Below, one piece after another: positions 38,580-49,110 of a stretch of DNA of 64,000 nucleotides. The number at the start of each line of letters is the position of its first letter. Within the stretch, counting starts at the first letter, position 1. Origin of the DNA: a virus (taxonomy: Duplodnaviria; Caudoviricetes); the IMG/VR virus record IMGVR_UViG_3300031993_000004, positions 96,001 to 160,000 of that record, one strand, 5' to 3'. The notes below the pieces were generated by a model. That model had not been told where the DNA came from and did not search any database. It saw only the letters and a list, made by a program, of their open reading frames with translations. The position numbers were made by a program, and so were the translations under genes.

Positions 38580-40451
38580 ATGGCGCTTTTCCCAACATAC
38601 CCAGATCTGATCAGTGCGGTGGATGTTGCACGTACATCGTATCGGATTGGGTATAATATTGGTGGCGCGATAGGAACACTCGTTTCAAATATTCGTGATC
38701 TGAAATCAACTGATCTTTCTGAAGTTGTTCGGTATGGGACAAACGCAAACAAATCACACTACGGTGTTGATGAACCGACACAAGCGTATTATTTGCAAGG
38801 GCCATATCGACCAAGAGATGATTTTCCGATTGGTGGTCCCTTATATACAAGCATTGATCAGACGAATATTTATCCGTGGATGCATAGCATGGGATCTGGG
38901 CAGACAGATGAGTTTTCCGCAAAATATAACGGAGGAATGTTGTTTGCCGTTGACCGTGAAATGCATGTCACGTCGAATTCATCGCTCGATCCAATATACA
39001 CACCCGAAATATTAAAACAGATATCTGCTGGAAATAGCAGTATCATTTATCCGATCGAAAACAAAGTGCCCGGTGTTGATTCTCCTTTTGCAAAGTGGAA
39101 TCTACCATTCCGTCAATCAAATGTCTTCCAATATCAAGGATCGGTAACTCCTGTGAATCCAGAAGGAGATCCTGAAAAGAATTACGTTCTGACAAATGGT
39201 TTGGAGAACTCTGATAAACGGAATGCTTCATTTACTGCAAGCTCAAGCGACGAAGCGAATGCTTCTCCGGGTACGCCAACTTCACCGATTCATCCGTTTA
39301 CAAGATCATATTCGGAACGTTCACGAAATGCTCTTGTTACAGCATACAATAGAACGAAGCTGCCAATTGCTGATGCGGAACATCGTAAGGGATTCCGCTA
39401 TATCTTCATCACGCGTCCGGAATGTTATCTGTTGGCTTCCGATGGAGTCGGCGGTACAAGGATGTCTGTTCAATGTCAACAAGATGAAGATATGAACACT
39501 TGCGGATGCCGTATGCCGCACATCCTTCGAGCGCTGTCTCCAGTTTATGTGTGTCCCGCACCAGGCAATCCACACTATGCAAACTGGAACTATCTTTTGT
39601 GCAACCGTATCATGAGTATGGGGACACAAGGTCAGTCGCTTTCAATTCTCGACTCGGTTACGAAAGGCATCCATGGCGCAACAGTTACCCCTGGAAAGAT
39701 CATGACATCGAATCTGGGCGGTACATTAGATATTTCATTCCGTGATACAAAATGGATGGACGTCTATGAGATGTTGCGAATCCATATGTTGTACATCCAT
39801 AAACGTAAAATCGGAAAATTCTCTCCTCCGTTCAATGGATACACGTATGCGAATGAAGGATTCGCAACAGGATTCGTTCGTCAATTTATGCATCCATATG
39901 ACAGAGCACTTGAATACTGCGTTTCTATTTGGGACATCATAACCAACGAAACCGGTACAAAGATTTTGTATTGGTGTAAGTATTATGGTGCATATCCAAC
40001 GGCATGTTCAACATCTGTTCTGTCTAATGATAATGCATCAGCAATCACAGGAGAAGCTCGGGTTTCTTCTACATGGCAATATCAATATAAGCAAGAAAAC
40101 GTTTATCAGAACCTGATTGAATTCAATTACAATGCAGGTATTTTTGATAACATGGGAGTTCTTCGCAGTGATGTTGATCTTCGTAATGCTGTGCCATTCT
40201 TGTATCGTGAAGAAGGAAACGGCGGTTCCAGTGATACATCAAGTATATTGAAAAATTACGTCGGTGCAGCTTCAATGTTCACCGGATCACCATTTATCAT
40301 ATCCGAAGTTAATGGTGCTCACGATCCCTGGAAATGGGATCAAACGGGTTTGGTTCAAAACAACCTGTGCTTTATGCCTGTTCATAATGTTGACAGTGCG
40401 ATTGCAACCAGAATGAATCTTGGTATCACAAACGAGATGCCAGTAAAGTGA
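38580..40451 (+). CDS. Tail-tube-fold/baseplate virion protein
   Basis: YIFITRPEC, LDISFRD and ILYWCKYYGAYPT are tube-like motifs. Confidence 0.55.
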   Translation: MALFPTYPDLISAVDVARTSYRIGYNIGGAIGTLVSNIRDLKSTDLSEVVRYGTNANKSHYGVDEPTQAYYLQGPYRPRDDFPIGGPLYTSIDQTNIYPWMHSMGSGQTDEFSAKYNGGMLFAVDREMHVTSNSSLDPIYTPEILKQISAGNSSIIYPIENKVPGVDSPFAKWNLPFRQSNVFQYQGSVTPVNPEGDPEKNYVLTNGLENSDKRNASFTASSSDEANASPGTPTSPIHPFTRSYSERSRNALVTAYNRTKLPIADAEHRKGFRYIFITRPECYLLASDGVGGTRMSVQCQQDEDMNTCGCRMPHILRALSPVYVCPAPGNPHYANWNYLLCNRIMSMGTQGQSLSILDSVTKGIHGATVTPGKIMTSNLGGTLDISFRDTKWMDVYEMLRIHMLYIHKRKIGKFSPPFNGYTYANEGFATGFVRQFMHPYDRALEYCVSIWDIITNETGTKILYWCKYYGAYPTACSTSVLSNDNASAITGEARVSSTWQYQYKQENVYQNLIEFNYNAGIFDNMGVLRSDVDLRNAVPFLYREEGNGGSSDTSSILKNYVGAASMFTGSPFIISEVNGAHDPWKWDQTGLVQNNLCFMPVHNVDSAIATRMNLGITNEMPVK

Positions 40452-40464
40452 GGAGGTGAAGCAT

Positions 40465-42876
40465 ATGGCACAGCAAAAAGAAAGTAATGAAGAGCGATTG
40501 ATACATGGCTTAATGAATGACTTAACCGGTGGAGACATTGTCATGTCGAAAGACGAACTGTCGACAACGATTTCCAATATCTTGAGAAAGTATAACCTTT
40601 CGACAGATATGTCATTCATCGAGAAGATTGCGACAATGAAGTTCCCGGATTCAAATGAGAAACTCTCACTTGATATGATGCCGAAAGAACTGACAGACGC
40701 CGCATTCTTACCGGTCACAACAATTGCGGATATCGCTCTTCGTCAAGATCTCGACATGGTCGTTTCCCAGATTCCTGAATGGTACAACGCATTGATTGTT
40801 ACGCGTGATGCAATCTGTGAATCTGATATCGTTGATGGTACACTTGCACGTACCATCACATTTGACAAAACCAAACTGACTGACACTGAAGAAACGACAA
40901 TCATGGAAAAGATTAAAGCAGTTGAAGAAAAACATCGGCTGCATGCGATCATCAAGAACCATATCGTGTACAACACGTTGTTCTATGGCGAAGGCTATGT
41001 GTATTGTGTTCCATATGCAAAAGTATTCGAGGATCTTTATAAGTACAGACTGAAACAGACTGAACGAAAGGATCCGAGAAATTCAGTTGCGAGTATGTTT
41101 GAAACATCCTCGTCTCTTACCGGATATGGATATGCTTACGGAGAAGCTGCTGTTGAGAGATCTCTGAAAGATACTTACGGAAAGATTGTCCAAGAGCAAG
41201 ACGCAAAGAGTAACGCAAAGAAGCAAGTAACACAAGAGCATGTTTCTTTGTTTTCAGAGCAGGAAATCATCGAAATTATTCCGGGATATCATGCAAAACC
41301 TAACGCCAAGTTGGACCCGGAGGTTGTTGTCGATTCAAAACGCGATGAACAATTCGATGATTACATTGACAGCATTGCGAGCAACATCAGATATATCGAG
41401 CAGGACATTGCGCTCCCTGTCATCGAGGAGTCTGCACTTGACCTGAAACGTGCATATGATGTGAGCTATGGTGAATACAATGATGGAGAGTTTGTCAAGA
41501 AAACAAACACCATCTTTGAATCTGTCATGAACGATGGCGTTTCAGACCCGGATAGCATCAGTAAGGAATTCAAGAACGTTCCAGGTATGTACATCAAGGT
41601 GCTCCCGGCGACGAAACTGATCCCGATTCGTATCGACCGAACTGTTATTGGATATTACTATATTTCTGATTTGACACGTCCGGATGATGCTGGAGAACGT
41701 CGTAACTCAGGTCTGTCTGGTTATACGTTGAGAACACCTTCGATTGGTCATGATACATTCTCACCTGACAGAATGCTTTGTGAACGGCTTGCGACAAAGA
41801 TCATCAACAACTTCAATCTGAAGTTCATGCGTGACAATACGGCGCTGCATCAACAAATTGTCACAATTCTCGAAGCGCATAAGTTCAATGAAGCGATGAT
41901 GCGTTTCATCTATATTCCCGCAGAGAATGTTTGTCAGTGTACCATCAATGAAGATGGTGCTGGTAAGGGTCACTCCATGTTGGAAGGCGGATTGATCACG
42001 GCTAGAATGTACATGTTCTTGAAGATGTACTCAATTCTGTGGCAGATTAACAACTCTGCCATCCGCGTGTATAATCTCCGTTCATCTGGTATTGACAAGA
42101 ACTACAAGCAATTCATTCAGCAACTGGTCAGAAAGTTTTCGGCTCGCCGTGTCACATCGAATGATATCTTCAACTATCGTTCATCACTGACAAAAGTTAC
42201 CGGTGGATCCGAACTCGTTCTTCCGATGGGTCCTGATGACAAAGCACCTGTAACGATCGAGAATATTCCTGCCGCAGAAGCTCCGCTGAATACCAACCTT
42301 CTGGATAAACTTCATGAAGAGGCAATCAACTCAACACCGGTTCCTGCCATCATGGTTAAGAACGGCGGTGTGACAGAAGTCGAATTCTCGAAGGAAGTTG
42401 AATTGTCGAATACACGATTTGTGTCATTCATCTCTTCTACAAAGATTGATATGAATCGTGATATCACGGTTCTGTACAGACGCATTCTTCTGCATGAGAC
42501 TGACATCGATCCTGCGATCATACACGACTTGCGGTTCTCATTCCACATGCCTGCGGCGAAAACATTGTCTGTTACATCAGACATGATAAACAACTTTGAA
42601 GCAATCTTTGAGTTGGCTTCTAAGACATTCTTACGAAAAGAAGATATGCAGACAAAGGATGGGGATGACGATCCGCAATCTCCAATCATGCGTGCTTACA
42701 AGAAACTTCTCATGGGTAAATATTTGCCGCAACTCGATGTAGAAGAATTCGAGAAAATGGCAGAGCAAGCTCGTCAGGAAGCAAACAGCATTAAGATTGA
42801 CAAATATCCATCTTCTCAGAATCTGATTGACAGTTCTGATCTGCCAGAAGAAGGAAAAGAGGAAGGTGAAGAATAA
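40465..42876 (+). CDS. Portal protein (putative)
   Basis: About 800 aa, helical; TLFYGEGYVY, LIPIRID..VIGYYY and GKGHSMLE are portal-like patterns; close to the terminase. ATG 40465 follows GAGGAGG. Confidence 0.7.
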   Translation: MAQQKESNEERLIHGLMNDLTGGDIVMSKDELSTTISNILRKYNLSTDMSFIEKIATMKFPDSNEKLSLDMMPKELTDAAFLPVTTIADIALRQDLDMVVSQIPEWYNALIVTRDAICESDIVDGTLARTITFDKTKLTDTEETTIMEKIKAVEEKHRLHAIIKNHIVYNTLFYGEGYVYCVPYAKVFEDLYKYRLKQTERKDPRNSVASMFETSSSLTGYGYAYGEAAVERSLKDTYGKIVQEQDAKSNAKKQVTQEHVSLFSEQEIIEIIPGYHAKPNAKLDPEVVVDSKRDEQFDDYIDSIASNIRYIEQDIALPVIEESALDLKRAYDVSYGEYNDGEFVKKTNTIFESVMNDGVSDPDSISKEFKNVPGMYIKVLPATKLIPIRIDRTVIGYYYISDLTRPDDAGERRNSGLSGYTLRTPSIGHDTFSPDRMLCERLATKIINNFNLKFMRDNTALHQQIVTILEAHKFNEAMMRFIYIPAENVCQCTINEDGAGKGHSMLEGGLITARMYMFLKMYSILWQINNSAIRVYNLRSSGIDKNYKQFIQQLVRKFSARRVTSNDIFNYRSSLTKVTGGSELVLPMGPDDKAPVTIENIPAAEAPLNTNLLDKLHEEAINSTPVPAIMVKNGGVTEVEFSKEVELSNTRFVSFISSTKIDMNRDITVLYRRILLHETDIDPAIIHDLRFSFHMPAAKTLSVTSDMINNFEAIFELASKTFLRKEDMQTKDGDDDPQSPIMRAYKKLLMGKYLPQLDVEEFEKMAEQARQEANSIKIDKYPSSQNLIDSSDLPEEGKEEGEE

Positions 42877-42878
42877 TC

Positions 42879-44324
42879 ATGAAGATCGAGAAAACGACAA
42901 CGGGTCTGATCATCAAAGACCCGACAACTGAAGTCAAGAAAAAATGTTTGCAATACTTCACACTTCAGAAGCCACTTCGTGAATTCTTCATTTACAGCGG
43001 TAATGACCCAGATACAAAACCAACTCTGGGTCATGAACACGATGTGATTTATATCACTTCCGGTTTCCTGAAGATCAACGATCCTGCAATCATGTCATTG
43101 CGAGTGGATTCAACCAAATCGTATCTGACACCGAAACAGATTACACTTGAGATGAATCGCGAACCTCGTTCCAAGTTGCAAGAAGATTGCATCAAACTGG
43201 CGACAACATCGACCTCTCCAAAGGTCACGATGGAACTCAAGCCCGGAACAGGAAAGACGTTTATTGCGCTTTATTCTGCATCAAAGCTTGGGTTGAAGCC
43301 TTTGATTGTTGCACCTACATCATTGCTGAAAAATCAATGGATTGATAATATCCTTGAACTTGGCATTGATCGTAATGACATTGCGACGAAGATATGGGAT
43401 TCTCCACATAAGAAAGTGTGTGTTGTCACGATTTCTTCATTGGAAGGTGCTGTCCGCGATGATTGGAATGGCCTCATGAAGACAATGGATTCTGCAGGAT
43501 TCGGAATCAAAGTTATCGACGAAGCACATCTTCATTTGAAAGGAATGCTGAAGTTTGATGCATTGTGCAATATCAAGCACAATTGGTATCTGTCTGCGAC
43601 GCTCGGACGTTCTGATCCTTCTGAAGACAGAATCCTGAATCGTGCGCTTGCTGATGCAACCAGATTTATCGGCAACTCTGCATATGAGGAATACCAGAAA
43701 GAATATGTCCAGGTTTATCTTCAGGACATCTTCTACTTCCCGTCTTCAAAACTCTGTGAGAAATGCTTCAAGTATGGATCAAAGGGTTTGATTCGTTCCT
43801 CATACTATCGCATGCTGATGTCATATCGTAATGGTGAACCTTTTATTCGGAACATCGTGAATGTCATTAAACGTGCAAAAGGAATCATCAACTATGACGG
43901 AAAGATCTTGGTGCTTGTTCCATTGCTCGATATCATTGATCGTGTTCTCCAAGCAATGAAAGCTGATCCGTTCTTCAGGAATTACACGATTGCCGGTGTT
44001 GATGGTTCTATGCCATTGGCAAAACGTCGTGAAGCAATGGAATCCAACTTCATTCTTTCAACATCCTTGTCGATGGGTACTGGTGTTGACGTTCAGAATC
44101 TTGGTGTTGTTGTGAACTTCGACCAATATTCTTCGTCAATTATTGGCGAGCAGATCTTCGGACGTTTGAGAGACCGCGGTAAAGAGACGTACTATGTCGA
44201 CGTCTGTGATCATGTCAAGCAGGCTTCCATGTTAAGACGATGGGGTGAGAAGCGTCGTCTGCTGATTCCATATTATCCTGGCGCAAAACGGGATATGAAA
44301 AAATTTCCGAACATCTTCTGTTGA
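42879..44324 (+). CDS. Superfamily 2 DNA helicase (UvsW-like)
   Basis: PGTGKT, IDEAH, LSATL, GTGVD, QIFGRLR. Confidence 0.9.
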   Translation: MKIEKTTTGLIIKDPTTEVKKKCLQYFTLQKPLREFFIYSGNDPDTKPTLGHEHDVIYITSGFLKINDPAIMSLRVDSTKSYLTPKQITLEMNREPRSKLQEDCIKLATTSTSPKVTMELKPGTGKTFIALYSASKLGLKPLIVAPTSLLKNQWIDNILELGIDRNDIATKIWDSPHKKVCVVTISSLEGAVRDDWNGLMKTMDSAGFGIKVIDEAHLHLKGMLKFDALCNIKHNWYLSATLGRSDPSEDRILNRALADATRFIGNSAYEEYQKEYVQVYLQDIFYFPSSKLCEKCFKYGSKGLIRSSYYRMLMSYRNGEPFIRNIVNVIKRAKGIINYDGKILVLVPLLDIIDRVLQAMKADPFFRNYTIAGVDGSMPLAKRREAMESNFILSTSLSMGTGVDVQNLGVVVNFDQYSSSIIGEQIFGRLRDRGKETYYVDVCDHVKQASMLRRWGEKRRLLIPYYPGAKRDMKKFPNIFC

Positions 44325-44334
44325 ACGGAATAAT

Positions 44335-44512
44335 AATCCGGAATGCTCCCTTCTCCTCACACAGGGATTGGCCTCCCTGTTTCGCCGAAGCGGGTCGGCG
44401 ACTACGATGTGTTTTCCTCCTTGAGAACATGCTTACACCATTCGAAAAGCATTCCGGATTTTGATATTTATCGTGCGGGGCGAAAGCCCCGCACTAAAAT
44501 ATCATTTCTTTT
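44335..44512 (+). ncRNA. Candidate structured small RNA with anti-SD loop
   Basis: 13-bp closing stem (44335-47 with 44448-60) encloses three hairpins. AACG-N6-TA promoter motif places +1 at 44335. Terminator hairpin at 44473-44494 with a T-tract. Confidence 0.6.
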
Positions 44513-46632
44513 TAGAATTGCTGTGAGGAGTAATATGCCATGTCAGATGTATCAATCGATACAAGTGGCATATCACCGCCATAGTCAGTACGTCTGTAAC
44601 CATACTCGTCATAACCATCACGACCAAAACCATTTCTGTTCGTTTGGTCAAGATTCTCACGCAACAACTGCATTTCGAATCCTTCTTTATCGCGATATGG
44701 AATAATGTTGTTAATCTGTTCTTCAGACAATTCCTGTTCGTATTGTTCAACTTGTTGACGACCAGTTTTGAAAGTGCACCGCTCTTTGTATATACCAAAC
44801 CGCTCCAATTTGTAACCGAAGTAGAAGATATAGAGGATATGGTTGTATGCCATGACCAGGTCATCATGGCATCCTGCAGCCGCTTCGATTTTTCCATTCT
44901 TACCACGAACAAGATTCATGATATCGAATGAGAGATATTTGGTTGTCATCAACTCTCTATAGTCATGCACGTGAGACTTCAACAACACAAACATCTTTTC
45001 ACGAATTGCAGTTGTCAGATACGTACCGATATAACCCTTCTCGACAGCTTGACGTTTAACTGTCATCTCATCGGTCTCACCACGTGTAATCGCATTCTTA
45101 GAAGCGTCAAGTTTCGGATCATGATAGAACCGGTGTTCAAGATGTGACTTCTGTACGAAATCAACGATTGTAACACCAAGGGAGTTCGTCTCAATGATGA
45201 AGATACAAGACGGAATCAGTTTTGCAATTTCAATGATGACAGACATCGTATCAAACGGTCCCAAGAAGTTACAAACCAATTCACCAACAACTTGGAATGT
45301 ATACGGGTGAACGACAATCACGGCCGTGTTGTCTCCGTTCTTACCAGATGCAGGGTCGATACCGACAAGATACGGTAACCGCGTGTCATAATACGGTGTA
45401 TCGGATGTCAAACTCTTGTTGACAATTGGATGATCATAAACATAGAAATTGAATACATTCATAATCTTCACAACATGATCAGGTTCACGTGTATGTTGAG
45501 AAATGTAATCAATATCTGCTTGTTCGAACAGAACGCCCTCTTCACCACGATACCGTTGCAACAAAACACCACGACGATACTCGTTGATGGTACCTTTCTT
45601 AACGGCTTCGTAGTATTGCTCTCTCAACCAAGCTTCATCTTTGCGAAGTTGCTTGTAATTGAACTCGATGTAGAACATCGAAATCGGAACACGATCTTGG
45701 TCTTCTTCGTCCGGACCTGGAACGAGTTGCATCCGAGCAATTTCTTCATCCGTCTTGTCATAGATATGCTCATCAAACACAGGAAGATTATCAATGATCT
45801 TTTGGAAGTTGATACCATCCTGCGTTTCCAAGTTACCAGGTGTTGATGCATACATAATACAAGAACGGATACCCATCTGTCTTGCTGTAATGCGAGCTTG
45901 AACGATTGTCGGGTTCGCACCATCAATGAATGCTTTCATGTATGGCACGAATTCACATTCATCGAAGAAGCCTGCAAACAGAGAAAGACCACGAGACTTG
46001 TCTTCTGCAACAGTTTCAGAACGTGCGGCGGATACAGTTGCAATAGAACAGTTGTGTTTTTCATATTTGAGAGACTGCAAACCTGGAAGATGTTTCATCT
46101 TGGCCCAAGGATTCATATATTCCGGCAAAGCTGTGATATAATCGCGCAGAATACCAACGTTGTCCATGCAACGTTTCTCAGTTCTGTGCATATATGGAAT
46201 ATCAATGTTCTGATATTCAAACAACATCATGTATGAGACAATCGATGTCAATACCGTTGTCTTATAGGTCTGACGAGGTTGCACAAGTTCAAAGTCGAAA
46301 CTGTGAATGAACGACCATATCGCAGCACATCCAGCTCTATGTAAATACAAAGGAACTTTACCTGCACCACGAATCGGAATTCGTACAACTTCTCTGAAAT
46401 AGAACCATGGATTCTTTTTACATTCACCAATGATTCTGCCAATGTTCTCTGCCGTTATATTTGGATCGTATGGGTCGATGTCTTGTACGCCTAAGTCGGG
46501 ACGTTTTACTTCCAACATGAAGTACCATTTCTTGATACCCAATGTTTTCAGTTCTTGTGCGGTCAGTAGAAATGATTGGTTTTTTGTTCCAAAATCATAA
46601 TACTTATTCCCAATTCGTCGAACATCAGACAT
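44512..46632 (-). CDS. terL: Terminase large subunit
   Basis: NPWFYFREVVRIP, Walker A PRQTYKT, FFDECEF, ASTPG, nuclease VGIDPA and HDDLVMA. Confidence 0.92.
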   Translation of the reverse strand: MSDVRRIGNKYYDFGTKNQSFLLTAQELKTLGIKKWYFMLEVKRPDLGVQDIDPYDPNITAENIGRIIGECKKNPWFYFREVVRIPIRGAGKVPLYLHRAGCAAIWSFIHSFDFELVQPRQTYKTTVLTSIVSYMMLFEYQNIDIPYMHRTEKRCMDNVGILRDYITALPEYMNPWAKMKHLPGLQSLKYEKHNCSIATVSAARSETVAEDKSRGLSLFAGFFDECEFVPYMKAFIDGANPTIVQARITARQMGIRSCIMYASTPGNLETQDGINFQKIIDNLPVFDEHIYDKTDEEIARMQLVPGPDEEDQDRVPISMFYIEFNYKQLRKDEAWLREQYYEAVKKGTINEYRRGVLLQRYRGEEGVLFEQADIDYISQHTREPDHVVKIMNVFNFYVYDHPIVNKSLTSDTPYYDTRLPYLVGIDPASGKNGDNTAVIVVHPYTFQVVGELVCNFLGPFDTMSVIIEIAKLIPSCIFIIETNSLGVTIVDFVQKSHLEHRFYHDPKLDASKNAITRGETDEMTVKRQAVEKGYIGTYLTTAIREKMFVLLKSHVHDYRELMTTKYLSFDIMNLVRGKNGKIEAAAGCHDDLVMAYNHILYIFYFGYKLERFGIYKERCTFKTGRQQVEQYEQELSEEQINNIIPYRDKEGFEMQLLRENLDQTNRNGFGRDGYDEYGYRRTDYGGDMPLVSIDTSDMAYYSSQQF

Positions 46633-46688
46633 CGATCGTCACCTCCTTGTTAATTGTTATTATAGCGGTAGAAGAAAAAAGTAGAATA

Positions 46689-46710
46689 CATGGGGGCTTT
46701 CGCCCCCATG
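46689..46710 (-). terminator. Intrinsic terminator
   Basis: CATGGGGGC-TTTC-GCCCCCATG with a T-tract on the minus strand, downstream of RNAP beta-C. Confidence 0.8.
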
Positions 46711-46750
46711 CAAACATTAAGATTGACGAGCGGAACCTCTGAGGAGGTAA

Positions 46751-48964
46751 TCAAACATATTGTTTCAATTGGTTTAATGTTGGAATTAATTCGGTGAAAC
46801 GCTCATACATGGACTCGATATAATTGCGATCTCTACCTTCAAACAAATCGGTGTCATCCATAAGTTTGAAGAATTCAGTCAGATCAACGATTGAATGCGT
46901 CATCTTGTATTTCATATAGTATGAATACATGATTAGGTACGCACGCAATTCAGGAATGGAAGTTTGAATTTCCACATTGTTGATCAGAACATCATACAAC
47001 TTATCGGTGGTTCCGATCGTCGAATAACCGAAGATATCAGGACGCAACTTGATACCCATGAATTTGAGCGAGTTCTTCAGATTATCAAGTTGTGGGAACT
47101 GATTATACTTGGAGAAGTCCAGTCCCATATCGTTCAGCTGTGCCATGAGAACAGAATTATCCGTGTATTGCGAGCCGCGATAGTATGTTGTAATTTTTGC
47201 AAAGTCAACAATTCCAACACCAGCAAGGAAGTTATAAGTATCATACTCACCAAACTTCACAGGGTTGTCAGAATAGTGACGCAGATTCTTATTGAACTGA
47301 TGCGTCTTGACAGGCTGATCGTACAACGTCGTACGTCCGGTGGAGATTGCCGACAACGCCTTCGAGGGCTCTTGTTTCAGAACCCATGTGTACTGATAAC
47401 CGATTGGATACTTCTCGTCGAGTTCAATCCAACGCTTATGAAGCTTTGTGAATACTTTGTAATGACGCATAATTGCCGGATACTTCTCGTATGCTTCCAG
47501 AATCGCATCACGAACGCAAACCTCATTGAACGGTTTGATCTGAATACGAATTCCATTTTCCAGAATGTCGTTTGCAACTCTGGTTGGGTTTTCCCTGAAT
47601 AACCGGAGAATTTCTGCACCTTCTTCTGGATTGAAAATGGATACGAATTCTGCTGCCAGATTCACGAACTCTGAATCTTCACAACCGTTTTCATGCATCT
47701 TTGCGATATGCTGATTCATGCGATCCATCATGAATGTCATGGATCCTTCATACGTTGCGAATGCAATAATGCGGTTCGGAACAGCCAATGCATTTGCAAG
47801 CATATGAATAGGACGCCCATCATCTGTCTTTGGCATCTCATCAACTGGAATGATTTTTGAGATAACAGATTTGTTTCCATAACGACCGACAACCTTCTGA
47901 CCGACTTTGATCTCCATCGGTTGCAGCATGGTAAACTTGATGATCGTATCAGCGATATATTCCTTCGTAACCCAGACCGAGCTATTCAGATACTTCTCTG
48001 CTTTATGATAGATATCCAGAAGCGAAGTATCATCCTGGTATGGATCTGCAATAACGGTTGAAATATATGCATAGATGTCAGAATACCATTGCTTGATCTG
48101 AGCAAGATAGAAGTTGAACTGTTCATTCTCAACATCGACGTTCGTGAAGATATCAATGTCGGCAACAATGCCGTGTGAGAAGATCTTTGTATCATTGATA
48201 TGTGGAATGGAAGCTTCCGCAACAGAGGACACATAAGAATTTTCACGAATGGAACACAAAATGTCGTTTTGTACCTCTTCACCGATGTTCGGGAACGGCT
48301 TGTACTCACCATTCTTTCCGTAACGGTTTAACAGGAATGACTTCTTGGAAACATTCACTGTGACGGTATCAACAAAATCGTATTCAAGTGCCTTCGCACA
48401 TTCATCGGAAATAACCAATGAGTCTTCTGTCAATTCCGGCAATACTGCATATGCCATGCGGACATTCACACCTGCACAATAATTATCATTGACATATGAT
48501 GATGACTGTGCAATGGATGTTCCCTTCGGAAGAATATCTCCTTCACGAATATTCGGGATATTGTTGTGCATCCGGAAGCCGTATTTCTCAACCAGATTCA
48601 CGGCCGGGTGATATATTTTACACAGAAACTTTCCATTTTCCATATTTTGGAAGATATATGCAATCGGTGAATATGGTGCATTCGGAAACTTAACGAATTT
48701 CTTCATCAAACGATAATCGGCCAAAGCCCGAACATCCCATGACGAGCGTTTTCCGAACTCGTTTTCGGCACCTGAGAACACCATCGGAAACTCGGGGTCA
48801 CGAACAACCATACGTTGGGATGTATGTTTGACGGCCATACCTCCACGCGTTGTGGAGATCTTCTCCGGAAACACCATCGCCGACATTCCTGTCAAAGATA
48901 AGGGATTCACTTCGCGACAACGATTCTCGATCTCCGCCGCATTGTTCATAACTTTACTCGACAT
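46751..48964 (-). CDS. Phage multisubunit RNA polymerase beta subunit, C-terminal half (probably non-virion RNAP)
   Basis: EDSLVIS, GQKVVGRYGNKSVIS (RpoB GDK..GRHGNKGVIS), and PVKFGEYD (RpoB QRFGEME). Confidence 0.92.
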   Translation of the reverse strand: MSSKVMNNAAEIENRCREVNPLSLTGMSAMVFPEKISTTRGGMAVKHTSQRMVVRDPEFPMVFSGAENEFGKRSSWDVRALADYRLMKKFVKFPNAPYSPIAYIFQNMENGKFLCKIYHPAVNLVEKYGFRMHNNIPNIREGDILPKGTSIAQSSSYVNDNYCAGVNVRMAYAVLPELTEDSLVISDECAKALEYDFVDTVTVNVSKKSFLLNRYGKNGEYKPFPNIGEEVQNDILCSIRENSYVSSVAEASIPHINDTKIFSHGIVADIDIFTNVDVENEQFNFYLAQIKQWYSDIYAYISTVIADPYQDDTSLLDIYHKAEKYLNSSVWVTKEYIADTIIKFTMLQPMEIKVGQKVVGRYGNKSVISKIIPVDEMPKTDDGRPIHMLANALAVPNRIIAFATYEGSMTFMMDRMNQHIAKMHENGCEDSEFVNLAAEFVSIFNPEEGAEILRLFRENPTRVANDILENGIRIQIKPFNEVCVRDAILEAYEKYPAIMRHYKVFTKLHKRWIELDEKYPIGYQYTWVLKQEPSKALSAISTGRTTLYDQPVKTHQFNKNLRHYSDNPVKFGEYDTYNFLAGVGIVDFAKITTYYRGSQYTDNSVLMAQLNDMGLDFSKYNQFPQLDNLKNSLKFMGIKLRPDIFGYSTIGTTDKLYDVLINNVEIQTSIPELRAYLIMYSYYMKYKMTHSIVDLTEFFKLMDDTDLFEGRDRNYIESMYERFTELIPTLNQLKQYV

Positions 48965-49080
48965 TATTAGTCACCGTTCCTTTCGATAAAGTTGTATAAG
49001 TTAGTTGTAACCCCTATATATTTAATCATGATTGGGGTTAACATGGAAACGATATACTTCTCTAAAAATAAAAAAATGGA

Positions 49081-49103
49081 GATGTGGGGCATTGCCCCAC
49101 ATC
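49081..49103 (-). terminator. Intrinsic terminator
   Basis: GATGTGGGGC-ATT-GCCCCACATC with a minus-strand T-tract. Confidence 0.8.
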
Positions 49104-49110
49104 AACCATC

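Noticed and set aside
44343-44705. 120-aa ORF across the candidate sRNA
   Set aside because: No RBS; it runs through a terminator and antisense into terL. The RNA-structure reading explains the sequence better.
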